Positions 30,736 through 64,000 of a DNA stretch of 64,000 nt are shown piece after piece. This DNA is from Amoebidium appalachense (lineage: Eukaryota; Protista; Ichthyosporea). A model generated the notes under the pieces. The model saw nothing but the letters and a program-made list of their open reading frames with translations, was not told the DNA's origin and searched no databases. Numbering within the stretch: the first letter of the stretch is position 1; each line of letters begins with the position of its first letter. Made by a program: the position numbers and the translations under genes. Location of the stretch: the NCBI GenBank assembly GCA_963693365.1, contig CAVNZM010000006.1, positions 124,001 through 188,000 of the forward strand, written 5' to 3'.

Positions 30736-32537
30736 GGGCTCAAAGGCCTCTCAGTCTGTCTTCTGGAGGCCGAGAGAAGCCTCGAAGGGGGGCGACGCAG
30801 GCTCAGTTCTTGAAGCCCTTCCCGTCCCAAGTCTACGTGGGCCGGAAAGTTACTGGCTTTCTCACTGGGGTCCGGCAGTGTGGTGCATCTTCTACGCGGA
30901 CTGGGCTGAGTGGCTGGCGATCCTGACGAACGAACTCCGCACGCAGCCTATTGGCTGCCGGGATGTGTATGCCATCATGGCTTCGTGAGGGATAAAGTTA
31001 CATGCAAAGGCTGATAGGTAAAGATCTCAGCCCGTTGATACTGCAAAAAAAATTGAATTGTTAAATCTTTATCAAGAGAAAAACTCAAAAAATATTACCA
31101 CAGTGCCTACATGTTAAGGAAAATATTCATCACCGATCATTGGAGGTCACCATCGGGGTACCATATGCGGGTCCTTCAAGAAACGTTTTCTCGAAGCCAA
31201 TCAAATGCGAGAACCGCACTTCATGTATGCTATTCAACTCAGTGTAAATTTGGTCCGACTGCGTGCCGACCGTGCAGGCATATGTACAGCCTCAGTGATA
31301 TTAGCCCGTACGTGCCTGTTATTTTCGCTACACGACATACAAATGTGCTGCCCACACATTCCAGCTGTTAATCAAATATTAGGTCATCCGCAAAAGAACT
31401 ACATCATTAATGATAGTCAAATGGAATCTTTCAAATCAATATCAGAACGGTTTCCGAATCGAACGTGTGCGCATGCTCAGTCACCGATTTGTAAATGTAT
31501 CCGGAGGGCCAATGTTCGGACTTCGAAGTTCGGACATCCGACGGATTAACTTTTTCTTCTAGTTTAATATTCGAAGTTGGATTCATGATGTACGGTATTT
31601 TGGTAGTTGACCCAGCATGGGTCCTATTGACACTTTGTCCCAAAACAATTCCGATTCTTTTGTCCCATTCATAAAATATAGATAGAATGAGTTTTTTCAC
31701 TGAAACAATTTTTTCTCTTGACTGGGATTTATTGATCAGTGGTCCAGTCACGGTGGATATGAAGGCAACGTGCAGCCAGGCTACACGACCACCAAAATAA
31801 CCGACTTCGAAAGAGCCACAGCGATGAAATAAAAATAAAATAACAAGTGACCAAAGGACACCAGCGGGCAAAGGTACATTGAAGTGCACGTGTATGCGTG
31901 AAACTAGTTTGCTCAAACTAGTCACATGCAGCGATGATGACCAGGCCACACTCCGCAAGAAGACATCATTACTGCTGCCCCCCTGGAACAGGCCCCACTC
32001 AAAACCTACCGGGGCACAGCAAGCAAGTCAGCCCTTTAAAGAGCAATGCAGACCAAATCCGAGCGAGAATTGGCAATCCCCACGGGCCCGTCCCCTAGAA
32101 AACCCGCAGAACTTGACTGTCTCTAACTTTTTGATAAGGTGGCCTAGTTGTGGCAGGACACACAGGAGAAGACAACTACAGAATGCATGCAAGCAAACCC
32201 AGTCATTGCCATACTGCTGAAGGCTGAAAACACGGCAGCCACAAGGAAAGCTCCTCGACGACCCAGTAGCTACCCCTCCACTCACGCAGCGCAGAAGCAG
32301 TTGAAGAAGTTGCAGCAGCCCACCGCCAATAGCTCGCGTAGAAGCGTAGATAGTGTGTAGAAGTCGCCGTAAGTTGCAGTGGGCCACCAGATGTCGAAGA
32401 AACCACTCCTCAAGCGAGAAACTCCGCGGAAGCTGGGAGATGTCCCCACACTCTCACAACTGTTACAGTAGGAATAGACAAGGCCGCACTACACACACAC
32501 AGTGTCACGTTCCCCTGAGTGGGACCCCTTCCTACCA

Positions 32538-32723
32538 CAAAAAGAAAAAACGAAAGCCTTTATATACCTGCCATGGTGAAGAATCGGGAAAAAAAGTTGA
32601 CGTGACAGCTAAGAGATCGAAGTAAAAGTGAAGTCAAAAAGAAAAAACGAAAGCCTTTATATACCTGCCATGGTGAAGAATCGGGAAAAAAAGTTGACGT
32701 GACACCTAAGAGATCGAAGTAAA
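32538..32723. repeat. 89 bp direct repeat x2 (period 97)
   Basis: CAAAAAGAAAAAACGAAAGCCTTTATATACCTGCCATGG...GAGATCGAAGTAAA at 32538-32626 and 32635-32723, one mismatch seen. Confidence 0.92.
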
Positions 32724-34994
32724 CTTCGGAAGTAATGCACCATGAAGGGGGAGCCATGGCGTAAATATAAGATAGAATAGATTTACCTTTATCCGCGCAT
32801 TCCAAGCCCATCGTACACGACTGCGTACATGTGTGCCACAGCTGGCGGTCACGGCTCTCCGATCATGGGCGAATCTGATTCACGTGGATACGTGTCTGGG
32901 CCAAAATTATCGGAATAATCTGAACCAGCGCTCTTATCATTGCCAGTCAATACGAATATATACCGCAGGGAAGTTCATTGGAAAGCTGCCTACAAGATAT
33001 AAGCATCTTGGTAGACAGGGGTATTCAATCTTGCCCTGGGCGACGTCGACCATGTGATGTGAGTCGTCGCGTAACGCGAGATTCGTGAATTCGAATCTGC
33101 TGGACCACGGGCCGCTGTTGTATGTAGCTAGCTGATCCTGCTCACGTACTTGTTCGAAGTGCGGGCACGCGCGCGCCAGCTCAGTGCACACGCCCAGGCC
33201 ATAGTATATAGCTTTGGGCAAAGTGTGTACTTATAGTTAGGTTGTGAAGGATGGTTTAGCTAGCTGTACTCATAGATAGCACCTTAACTAGTGTACTGTC
33301 GGTGCTGTGTGGTAGACGGTAGTTTCCCTAGAGGGCCTGAAAAGGCCCTCCGGGATTGTACAAAACGTGATAAAATAAAAAAACATAGTATATAGCTCCG
33401 TGAAATGCTTGATAGAACAGCCTGGCCGCAAAGCCAACTTTGAATTACCTCAGTATATATATTATCGGAAATAAATCTAATTAGTTCTAGTTGTAGCTAG
33501 ACAGCGCCATAAAACTGCTGAAGCACTTGATAATGTCATTACCTAAGGAGTCTGAATAGAAAATTCCTCCGATACTTGAAGGCATATCCACTTGCATCTT
33601 ATACGAGGACACAAAACTATCTTTGTAGCATTTAGGCTTATTTGGTTCCATCACATTAGTACAGTCTATCTACGTAAAGTATATCCAAGGAGTCGAAATA
33701 AGTTGGCCGTACGTGCGCGGCGTGTCACCTGCTCCGTGACTGCATGCAGGTCGGACACGCTACTACTGACTGTAGAAGGCTTGACCGAAGTTCAAAGGGC
33801 CAGTCACAGCCTGTCTCCGAAGTGACCTGGGGCTCAGAAGTGACCTGTGTTTCTAAGTAGGGTTACCCTTGCCGGCATACTAACATTATGATATACCTTC
33901 ACTAGTTTCTGAGTGTCAGTTGACTACGGTTGTCACTACGCGTACGGTTAGCTCAGACTGTCTTGGGCCACTGCCGCTGAAAGTGGAAGCAGTCACTGCC
34001 TCCGGGACGTCGCAGGGCCTAGCAAGGTTCTAATTAGATTCTGCCCGTTCCGACTAGTACTTGCAAGACTTAGTCTGGACAAGTTAACTTAAACCATACT
34101 ATATTATCAAGAATCACCGCCTTGATTCGGGGTCAGCTACCGTGAGCGTCTCAGTGGGACGTTGCTGTGCTCGAACACGGTCGACCTAGTTTAAAGTCTG
34201 ATGGAAGGAGGTTTAAGTTTTGTTAGGCTTATAATATACTAGTCACTGCAGCGGACAGCTCAGACACAGGCTGTACATGTCAGTGAATGGCATCGCCGTA
34301 GTAAGGCATCCGATTTCAATGGCAACTTGCTAGACTCAATGGCAACCCGGCCGTTAACGTTGGCGTAATTTACTGCAGCGAGTGAGTCAGTCTGGCCGTG
34401 CATTGTCAAGGCAGGTCCAGTGCTCAGTACTCCTAGGAGTCAGTCTCGGAGCCTGCCGGCAGCCGCACTTGCCAACTGAGCGGCCACCCACACGGTCACC
34501 GCGCACCGTCCTGATTCTGAACTAGAAGCTTTCAATCGTGACGTACAGCCGTCGTGCAAAGTTTGCCAGGAAAAGGTTGGTGACCGTTAATCTTTCAACT
34601 TACGGTGGTAGCTCCGGCGCAAGGACAGTGCTGTTAGGCTGCTACCGTAGTAACAGTGAGCTGCAGGGCACAGAAGGACACAACCCTGACTGGGGCTCTA
34701 TTCACACAGCCGGCCGCATTGGCATAACTAAGTCAGCCGGTGGTACTTTAATATTTCAGTGGAGAGAAGGTGACATGGCCCTGTCGTTCCTTTCTTTGCA
34801 TCATTGTGTGGCTCACTAGGCTTAAATACAGTCAGTCTGCTCACGTACAGATTGAGTTGTTAGCAACATGCCGCCGGCTGCTCAGCATTATTGCCGCCTA
34901 AATATGCCTGCCGCACGGTTACCTGCTGCGCAAGTGTCACCGTTGTGATGGCTAGCCGGCATTGACACCTCTCACCCTGCAGCCTGCAGTGCCT

Positions 34995-36491
34995 ATGCAA
35001 GCAACCATGATGGACCCGCCAGACGGCTGGCCGCTGTTTCCCGACATGCACCCTCAGTCCGCCCGCTATCGCAGCGCCCGGTCCCACCGGGCCAGCCAGC
35101 TCTCGGACGGCCCACACCCGGGCCACGGTCGCACGGCCAGCCTGCGGGAGTATGGCCAGCCAGCCTGGCTGGAGTCTGAGTCCCCCTCGGTGCACGGCGC
35201 CTGGGCCGCCCCACCTCAACACCCGAACCGTGGCGAGGGCACCAGCCACACGGCCTGGCACGGCCCCAGCCAGCGCCACCCCGCCCAGTGGGATGGCCCT
35301 GAGGGGCCCTGGAGTTCCCCCCCGGCTGCCTGGCAGCGTGGGGCCCCTGCCACGCAGGCCTGGCTGCAGCAGCTGCCGCCCCCCTCGGCCAGCCCGCCCA
35401 GCACCTGCCGGGCCTGCTGCCGCTACCTTGGGCCCTGCGAGGCCCACAGTGGCCTCCAAAACCCAGCCGCCCGCGGACCACGCAGCCGGGCGGCAAGCTG
35501 CCCGGTGGGCCGGCAGACCGAGTGGAGGGAGGGAGCTGGGGTGGGGGACGAGGTGCACCGGCAGGCCAAGCACGGGGCGTCTGCCGACTGGACGCTTCCC
35601 CCCCACAAGCTGGCCCGGCACTGCCTCAGCCTGGGCCCCCGCAGCAGCCTGGGGGACAGCGGCTGCCTACCGGACTACCAGGACTGCTGGTCGGCGGCCC
35701 AGCTGCCGCCCCCAGCCCACGGCCACAGACGGCCCCATCACCCGGCCACCTACAGCAGCTCACCAAGTGTGGCCCACGACAGCGGCTGGTGTTCCAGCCC
35801 CCCCCGGGCCCCCGGCAGCAGCAGGACCCCCCAGGAGGCCGAGCGGCAACGGCCAGCCAGCCGGGCCAGTGTGCACGGGCCCGCAGCCGCACAGGCGGCT
35901 AGCCCAGACACAGTGAGCCCACCGCCAGCCATGCCCTCCCCAGGGCCTGGGGCCGGCACAGGCCCAGGGTCGCCCTCCGAGGACATCCTGCTGCAGGCGC
36001 AGCGGCGGCACGGGCTGTGTGGGCGGCGCAGCAACCGCAGCAAGAAGCATGCCACACGGCTGCAGTTCCTGGCCTTGGTGCTGCGCACCACAAGAATAGG
36101 CACGCCTGCGGCCCCAAACACAACCCCCAGCTACCAGCTGCTGCCGCCCTTCCGTCGCATACAGGTGAGCTATCCTGCTGTCCCGCAAGTTGCGGTAAGG
36201 GAAGGGGCCTAGGACTAGTACTAAGATTAGGCTAAGACTTGGCCTGACACACACCTGAGTGACCGTTTTGTATGGTCTAGTAGAGCTAGGGCTAGGGGCC
36301 CATCTGATAGCAGCCGCATTGGGCTGGGGGCTGAGTGTGTGGGGTAGGGCGAGGACAGCGACTCGCTGCGGGGGCACTTCAACAGCGAGCAGCAGGCGGC
36401 CGGGGAGACTATCAGCAATGCCACAGCGCAGGCCTGGTTCAAGGCCATACTGCTGGACAGCGCGGCCTTTGCCAGGGAGGAGGCCGACTGA
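34995..36491 (+). CDS. Hypothetical protein (~437 aa), Pro/Ala/Ser-rich, two exons
   Basis: Long GC-rich ORF to a phase-0 CAG|GTGAGC donor at 36164; TAG|GGC acceptor at 36348 gives an in-phase 48-codon exon (GEDSDSLRGHFNSEQQAAGETISNATAQAWFKAILLDSAAFAREEAD*). No family recognised; start codon uncertain. Confidence 0.6.
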
Positions 36492-37270
36492 CCCCCGGGC
36501 ACCCCCATAATACATGTAGCCTTAGTTGGGAACTCGGGGTGTAGGTGCCCAGCCCTTTCGGCCCTTGGGGCAGCTCTCAGAGACAGTCCGACGGCCAGCC
36601 TGAGTGCGGCCTCACAGCATGTTACAGTACAGTATGTAGCACGTTTTTAGGCGGCCACGGTGCCTGCAGCCAGTGGCAGTGGCTCTCGTGGTCACTACGG
36701 CACCGTACAGTGTTTATTTGATACTATATGGTTCGGCCCACAGGGCCTGAGCGACAGACTGGTACGTTCACAGTGTGTACGTGTGTGTGTGGGGCCGCGG
36801 CTGGGGGGGCGGTGGGGCGGGGAGGAGGCGGGGCTAGCATCGGCCACTGCTAAGTTTCAGATCGCCCGGTGACGGATCGATCGATGATCGGATCTGCCGT
36901 CAGCCCAGTCCACACAAGTCCAAGGTCGACCCCGGCAAGCGACGCACCTCAGAGTGAAAACTGTTGAACTTGCCACTCAGTCACAAGCCATGCTTGCCTG
37001 CACGGTTGCAATTGTGCACTCCCCCCACTGCGCATACGTTCATCATCCCCTCTGCCTAGCCACCCCCTCTGCCCCTTGCTGCCTGTGTGCGTGTGCGTGC
37101 ACCAGCCACCCAACCGTTTCGCACGTGCACCGTTCCTCGCCAACGTGGAGCCCACCCCCTCCTCCGCTACCTCTTACCCTCCCTCCACCCCCACCCCCGG
37201 TGTAGACGCACTTGAAGATGTTTTAAAATGCTGCGCCCACGTAACGCCGCCGCCCCACCGCCCTGCTGTG

Positions 37271-50122
<12,852 letters not shown>

Positions 50123-50392
50123 GGCTGTGGGCTGGAGTGATGGATGGTTCTTGGGGGTGTTGTGCGTTGGTGTGCACGTGTGTGGTTGGGGTTGTTGATC
50201 CAAACATGCAAGTTGAAGGCAAGCATTCATGCCTGTTATTGTGACTGTCTGCTGAAAGCAAGAGTTTTGGTTTGTATAGTCGACCTATTTGGGATCTATA
50301 TTGCTGGAGTGGTGGTGATGCTTCGTAAAACCCCCTGCACATGTATAGCTGTGGCATAATGCACGCACACACATCGCATGCGCATGTGCGTG

Positions 50393-50444
<52 letters not shown>

Positions 50445-51854
50445 CACATACACACGCGTGTGCACACGCACGCACGCACACACGCACGCACACACACACA
50501 CACACACACATGTGCATTCCAATGTTGCTCAGTGAGCAAATATCTGTATAAACATGTTCTGTTCATGTGCGTGTGTGTGCATTTGTGTGAATTGGGGGCT
50601 GACGAACAGATCGAACGTGTAACGTTACGAAAACCGTTTTTACGAGAGGGTGCCCTACGTGTACTCGTTAGCCATGCGATTTCAAGGTTTTGTCGCAATA
50701 ATAATCGTCACGCAAGCATCTTAGAGGACCGAACTGCATATGTGTCAGTGGCTGGTTTTATTTTGGGATATTACTGTTTCAGAACGGTGGTGCTGCTGGA
50801 CTAGATCCGGACACGTGCGCTCAAACACGTGTGTGTATGCGTGTGTGGTGTGTACACGGCACAAAAGGTTGGTGGCTGAGTGAACTCGGCACTGGCTGAC
50901 TACGGCTGCGGCGCAGTGCCATCCATTTGTGGCTCACCGTCCCACACCGTGAATGGATAAATAAAATGAGAGGCACGGAGGAGCCATGGCGCCAATCTGG
51001 CTCTCTCTGGCGTATGACCATCACTACAGCTTTGCAGGGCTGTGGCGGGAACAATTAATATGGTGGTGATAAATAATGCCGTGTTGTTTTTTGTGGTTAA
51101 AAGGCAGCGTGCGCAGATACAATAACGCCATCTAATGTGTTCGAGTCCAGTCGCGTTACGATCGATTACGTAACTAGGCGACAGGCATCGATTTGTGATT
51201 GGTTCTTTGTCACGAAAGCAGTTTTTCCACACCCAGACCTGCGGCTCAGCGTACTTGCCAGAAAACGATAGTCCGAGCAAGGTGATTCTTTTGCAATTGG
51301 GTCACTCCATGCATTGATGTGTGTGTCAGAATGTGGAGGCAGGAAAGATAAACACGCAGAAAAGAAGAAGAGGTGTTTCGGTCCAAAACCGATGAGAGTT
51401 TCTAAGGCTAAGCAACGCAGCTAAACTTGTTCATGTTCATAAAGTAACGATCATACTGACAAACAGCAGCAACTTCGGAATTAGCTTGCAAATTGAAACT
51501 GCAGCATCCTTGAGTCGCCTCAGGTTTCAGGTTTACGTTTTTGTCAGACACAAGTGAGCCCGGTGGCAACACAATAAAGGTAGGTCGCCTCCTTTCTGTT
51601 TTTGCCATGGGTTGGGTTGCCTTAGACAAGAGGGCCACGTGCACTACACCATGCGGGGGTGGAGAGAGTTGGTGAACATTTGGGGTCCTAATCTTAGTAA
51701 TGTGGTCTGTGTGCACACACAGCACACTGACTGCATGCACAATATACGGAGGGCCTGTGTTTTGTACGAACAAATGGTACTCTGTGCTACCGTCACCCCA
51801 GATCTGTTCACCACTAGAGGCTGATATTTGTGGTCTTTTCGCAGCACGAGCAGC

Positions 51855-52591
51855 ATGGCTGAGGCAGGTACGGCCAAGCGGCACATCCTGGTGGCCGTGG
51901 ACGGGTCACCCATGGCAAAAATGGCTCTGCAGGTGCGTGCTGGGTGCTGGGAGGTGCTCGTGCGTTCCACTATATGTTAGTGTCCACGCCACACTGTGGG
52001 CTTATGCATGGAAACTGGACGCAGTTGTGTGTTTGCAGTCAGACTGCATTCCCGTGTAAATTTCTGCATGTACGGGCAGCACGGTATAGCGCCACAAAAG
52101 TTCTAGCAGCTCAACATGCACAGATGTGCACGTGGAAAAATGTATCACAGTGTCAACATCTTAGAAACTTTCACCGTACACACCGACGAGAATTAGCCGC
52201 AGACCAGTAAATTTGCCAAAAGACATGCTAGCAAAGGGCGTACTTCTGCCAGGACACACGAAACTCGTAGTATAGGTCCTGACCTGTGTATGACCCCCCC
52301 ACACACACACACGGATCCCCCTGCAGGCAAAAACTCACACACAGCTTCAAATGCCTGCCTTCAATAAGAAACACACGTACCCCCCCCCCCCCCCCCCCCC
52401 CCCCCCCAAACACACACACACACACGATACCCTGCTGACACCTCATTCTCCCCACTCACGTGCCCGCCTGCACGCACTTGCTAGCACCTGTACATTTACA
52501 CACAGACCCGCACGCATCATAAACACACACGTGTGCGCACACACACACAAACACGCACACGCGCGCGTGCGCGCGCACACACACACACAAC

Positions 52592-52663
<72 letters not shown>

Positions 52664-52774
52664 CATACTGCAGTGGACCCAGGAGAACTTCCTTCGGCCA
52701 GATGATTTCGTCACCCTCTTTCTGGTGAGCCCCTCCCTTCCCCCTTCTCCCCCCCCCCCCCCCCAGCGGAAAGA

Positions 52775-52805
<31 letters not shown>

Positions 52806-53786
52806 AAAGAAAAAGAAAGCCTAACCATAACTGCCTCTGGACACCATTCTTTCCTCCTCCTACCCACACCAACCCATGCCCTTTGAGCCCTCCCCCCCCC
52901 CCCCCCCCCCCCCCCCCCCCTTTTTTTTTTATGACAGCAGCTTTGAGAAATTCTAAACCTCCCTGTTCGTGTGAAGCTTACTCCATTTATCACCTGTGCT
53001 TTCTTCCCCTGGAAACCCACCCCACTCCTCTCCCTTCGTCGTTCCGCGGTCCCTCCTCCCTCCCCCACTTCCCCTCCTCCCCCCAAAGACTACTTAGCAG
53101 AGCACTTTCTTTCCATTCCACTCATCAAACCTACCCCGCATATCCCTACGTCATCCATGAACAACCCCCTGGGACCGCCTCTGACCAATTTCTCCCCCCC
53201 CCCCCCCCCCCCCCCCCCCCCGCCCGGATCCCCCCCCCCTACCCCCCCCTACCCATCTGGGCTCAGCCAAGTTTCCATTCTAATTTTGATCCGTCTCTCC
53301 TTCTGCATTGGCCCTGTGACTGCTGTCTGACCCCCACTACCCCGCAGGCCTTTGAGGTGCCTCTGAGCACACCGTCTACGCTTGCCGGGATGACGTTTGG
53401 GATGGGGGGAAGCGAGGAGCTATTTATAGTGCGAGATGACGACCAGGAGAGGGCCGAAATCGAAGATGCCAGAAGGGAGCTGAGTGCCGGTTACACGGCC
53501 ATGGCCGGGGCCCTGGCAAGAGAGGCCGGCCTGAAGGAGGTACTTCCTTGCCCTTTAAAGGAAGAAGGAAGAAAGAAAGAAAGAAAGAAAGATAGAAAGA
53601 AAGAAAAATCACAGACACTAAACAAGCAACCACATGACCAGCTGTTAGGATTACGCAATTGTCATAACAACCCTCTCCCCCTTCCCCCCCACCCCCCCTC
53701 TTCCACCTGTCTGCGCCGCCTGTGCTTTTTTTGCAACTCAGGCTGCACAAGCCGAATTCTGGATTGCCTCACCGCCCATGTCGCTA

Positions 53787-53820
<34 letters not shown>

Positions 53821-53868
53821 TCCTCCTCCTCTCACACCCATCCCACTGTATAGTACTACTTTAAAAAG

Positions 53869-53899
<31 letters not shown>

Positions 53900-54799
53900 C
53901 CTCCGTCTCCTTTTTTTTTTTTTTTTCTCTCTCCCTTCACCGGACACCCCATGCTGACCCTGTGTGCACGTGCAGGGGCACTACCAGGTGGTGGTGGTTG
54001 AGGGGGATGCACGTGATGAGATAGTGGCCTATGCACAGCGCCACAGTGTGGGCCACATTGTGATGGGCTGCAGGGGCCTGGGCATGCTCAAAAGGTACAA
54101 CTGCCCCCCAAATTACACCCACAGAAACACATTTCTTACCCCCCCTCCCCCCCCCCCCCCCCAAAAAAAAAAAATAAAAAAAAAAATACGTCTTCTATCG
54201 AACAACCCCCCCCCCCCCCCCCCCCCCCTCCCCCTCTTTTCTCCCCCAACTCCCTCTCCAGATCCCCAGATAAAAGTCACTTCCTTTTCAAAAGCACCAT
54301 CTGTCACCCTGTACGAGTCAGAGTTTTTATACATGGGGCAACCTACCCACTCCAACCCCCCCCCCCCCCCCTCTCCCCCCCCCCTCCCCCCCCTCCCCCG
54401 TTTGTTTCCCCTTGTATGGGGTTAATCACCCCTTCCCTCCGTCTTTCCCCAGTAGCATGCTTCTCCCAGTATGGAGGGCAATCGACTCCACGTTTCCATC
54501 CCCCCCCCCCCCCCCCCCCCCCCCCCGAATTCTGAGGGGCCACTAAAATGCAATCCCTCCCTTCCCCCTCCCCCCTCCTCTCCGGATTGCTGCTTTCTCC
54601 TGCGCAGAAGTCTCTTTTCTCACTCTTATCTCCCCCCCCCTCCTCCCCCCCCCCCCCCCCAAACACACACACACACACACTGGGGTGCAGGGCGCTGCTG
54701 GGGTCAGTCAGCGACAGTGTGATGCACAATGCCCACTGCCCCGTCACAGTCGTCAGGGCTCCGCTGCAAGACAAGGAGGACACCCCAAAGACGGAGTAG
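51855..54799 (+). CDS. Universal stress protein (UspA family), about 182 aa
   Basis: Exons 51855-51932, 52674-52724, 53348-53539, 53976-54094, 54691-54799 are in phase. Motifs [39 protein letters not shown] (G-2x-G-9x-GS ATP-binding type), [11 protein letters not shown]. Confidence 0.93.
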
Positions 54800-57131
54800 C
54801 GGCTGGCAGGGGGAGAGGGAGGGGGGGGGGGGGGGAGATGGGGGGGATGAGGTTGGTACCGGCGGGGGGAGGGAGGGGGGAGGGGGAGAGGGGAATGCTG
54901 TTGCCAGTAAGTACTTTATGAAGGTGTTGATGGGTGGGTGGGGGGGGGGGAGGGAGGGGGTGGGGGAGGGGGAGGGGAGGGGGAGAAGAAGGGGAGGGTG
55001 GGGTTCATACTCCTAGGGGAGATGGCATAGTTGACAGTACTAATTATAATAGTGCTCTCGAACTTGGTCCCCCTGGTCCCCTCTCTCCTTTCTCCTAGGA
55101 GACGTGTGTATTTGTGTGTGACTGCTCGTGTGAACATAATATTTGCCCCCCCTCTTTTTCCTTTCTTTTTTCTTGGGCGGGGAACCGGGGGGGGGGGGGG
55201 GGGGGAAAGGGGAGGGGAGAGGGAATGAAAGGGACCGAGGGGTAAAGGCCAGCAGGTAAGGTACAAATAGCCCATTTTCTATGGGTTCCATGTCATTGCT
55301 CAACTTATGACATTTGTGTTTCAAAAAATACAGTTTGTCTAGTCTACCTACTGGGGAACATCCGTGTGTTTTGAAGAAAGGGCTATGCCATGGAGGTGTA
55401 GTGTGTGTATAGAAGATAATGGTGTGTGGAGGACGCTGAGTACACGTGCCACACTTGCATGTGGTACACGTACATGTGCCGCACATACCCCCCCCCCCCT
55501 CCCCCCGCTCCCACCCCCCCCCCCCTCACCTAACTCGGCTGTGCATATCATAATGTGTGCAAGCACAGCATGCATATGCATGGAAGAAAAAGAACGCCTT
55601 GGCGTCCACTATTCGTACTAAGCATAGCGAGAGTATTCTTGCTTGAGCTCGAGGCCCCCCACACGTCTAGTGGAATAGTAGCTTAGTGTGGCGAGCGTCA
55701 CGACGGTGCCATACTATGTGACCACGCGGCAGTTTGCTTGGCATGATGCACATTGCATGTGTGCACATGCAGATCGCTCTAGGCTGGCAAAAGGTGCCAT
55801 GATGGTGGCTGTGGAAATTCGGCTTGAGCCTGTAACGTAGCTAATATTAGTGTGCACTGCGCGCGCGCGCGTGTGTGTGCGTGCGCGTGCGCATGCGAGT
55901 GCGCGTGTGCGTGTGCGTGTAAACGACGTGCACCATGTGCATGTGTGTGTGTGTGCATGTGGGTGCATGCACTCGATTCATGTGTGCACGTGTGTGTGTG
56001 TGTGTGTGTAGGGGGGGGGGGGGGGAAGCGGGGGGTGAGGGGGGGGGGGGTTGTCTTTGTAGGGAGAGGGAAGGGGGAGTAGGGGGGGAAGGGGGGGGGG
56101 GGGGGGGGGGCGAGGAAGGAAGGGGATTCAGGCTCTACAGCCGTCAGGTCATCATGACGGGGGATGCGAAAGTATGTGCCAAAAAGGATGTGAGAGCCAC
56201 ACTGGTGCTGTTGGGATGGGAATGCACATGCGTGTCACTCACGGCACCCAGTGTACCGTCGTGAAAACTGCACTGACTCGCAGTGACTCCCGTGTTCGAA
56301 GGGAAACCACTTACGGTGGTGATGTTCCATGGCCCGGCCGGGCGAAATTTCGGCCAGGCCTATTAGAAATCCTTAAAAAAACAACTTATACATACATAGC
56401 CTATCTACTTGAAATATAAAGCAACAATGAGTGAGGGCCTCACTGAGGGGCAGTTCTCTAGAGCTGGCTGGACTCAGGGGCTGGACTCAGCTGGGTACTC
56501 TTGTGAAAACCGAGACAGCCCGCCCAAATTTCCTGCTATATGGCAGATTGGCAAAAGATCATGCTAAGTATTAAACGGTGCATTTTTAGCGAATCATACA
56601 CAAGCCAACAAAGAGAACTGTCTTCAAATAAGGCTAGTATGTGTGATAGATGATTGGTTTATGCTGCACTTCTTGGGTCTTCTAAACTTTTTGAAAATGG
56701 GGCGTGTCCTTTGCCCTTTAAAAGTTCAAGTGAAAATAAAACTAAAGGGCCTGGGTAAATCCAGGGACACGGCCATCTAGAAACACCCGTGATCCAGGAA
56801 CTATTCCGCTACAGACAGCGTTATGCATTATTTGTAATTCAATAATGCATTACAAAGTCTTAGCTTACATAAAAAAGCTTTATGTAAGGATAAAGTAATA
56901 CGTTTTACACAACTATGCACAATTATTGCTGCCACAATATCTCAAACTTTCCAGTAAATGAAAGTTTTGGGGGAATCCATGCTCTGCCTCCAGTCATCAT
57001 TCACTTGGCCACTTGGCACATAAACCTATGTGGCACAGTTGTAAGGTTTTTTTTGTGTGTTGGTAGGAGAGTTGGTAGGGCGAGAGAGAGAGAGACAGGG
57101 GCCAACGTGCCCCACTAACCACTCAGTTACA

Positions 57132-63979
<6,848 letters not shown>

Positions 63980-64000
63980 GTGTGTGTGTGTGTGTGTGTG

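Noticed and set aside
30745-30988. Coding-looking tail after the purine tract
   Set aside because: Two frames are open but there is no start, clear acceptor or recognisable domain.

Overview
This is eukaryotic nuclear DNA. Introns are GT-AG with a CTGAC/CTAAC branch site close to the acceptor, and they are packed with (CA)n/(GT)n and poly-C/poly-G runs. Most ORFs in the supplied track are microsatellite artefacts. Spliced genes reconstructed by hand, all on the + strand: the 3' part of a DENN-domain Rab GEF (68-3650), a complete eEF3-like ABC-F elongation factor (12219-16391), a two-exon orphan gene (34995-36491), an RNF10/Mag2-like RING E3 ligase with an N-terminal PAM2-like motif (37271-50122), a universal stress protein (51855-54799) and an AFG3/Yta12-type m-AAA protease running off the right edge (57132->63979). 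The most interesting signal is a family of short non-coding interspersed elements (about 11 recognisable copies plus 3' stubs, at least two subfamilies). They sit in poly-C tracts, share a fixed 3' end (...GCATTCAAA-Cn), are variably 5'-truncated, and occur as locally identical head-to-tail 452-453 bp multimers; one has a 17 bp target-site duplication. They carry a covarying RNA fold containing the hammerhead core motifs (GUU, CUGAGGA, CGAAAC) in a non-canonical strand order. My inference is a poly-C-targeting, retrozyme- or Penelope-like non-autonomous retroelement, possibly with a rewired or dimer-dependent ribozyme. Coordinates were counted by eye and may be off by a few bases. No database searches or folding programs were run.
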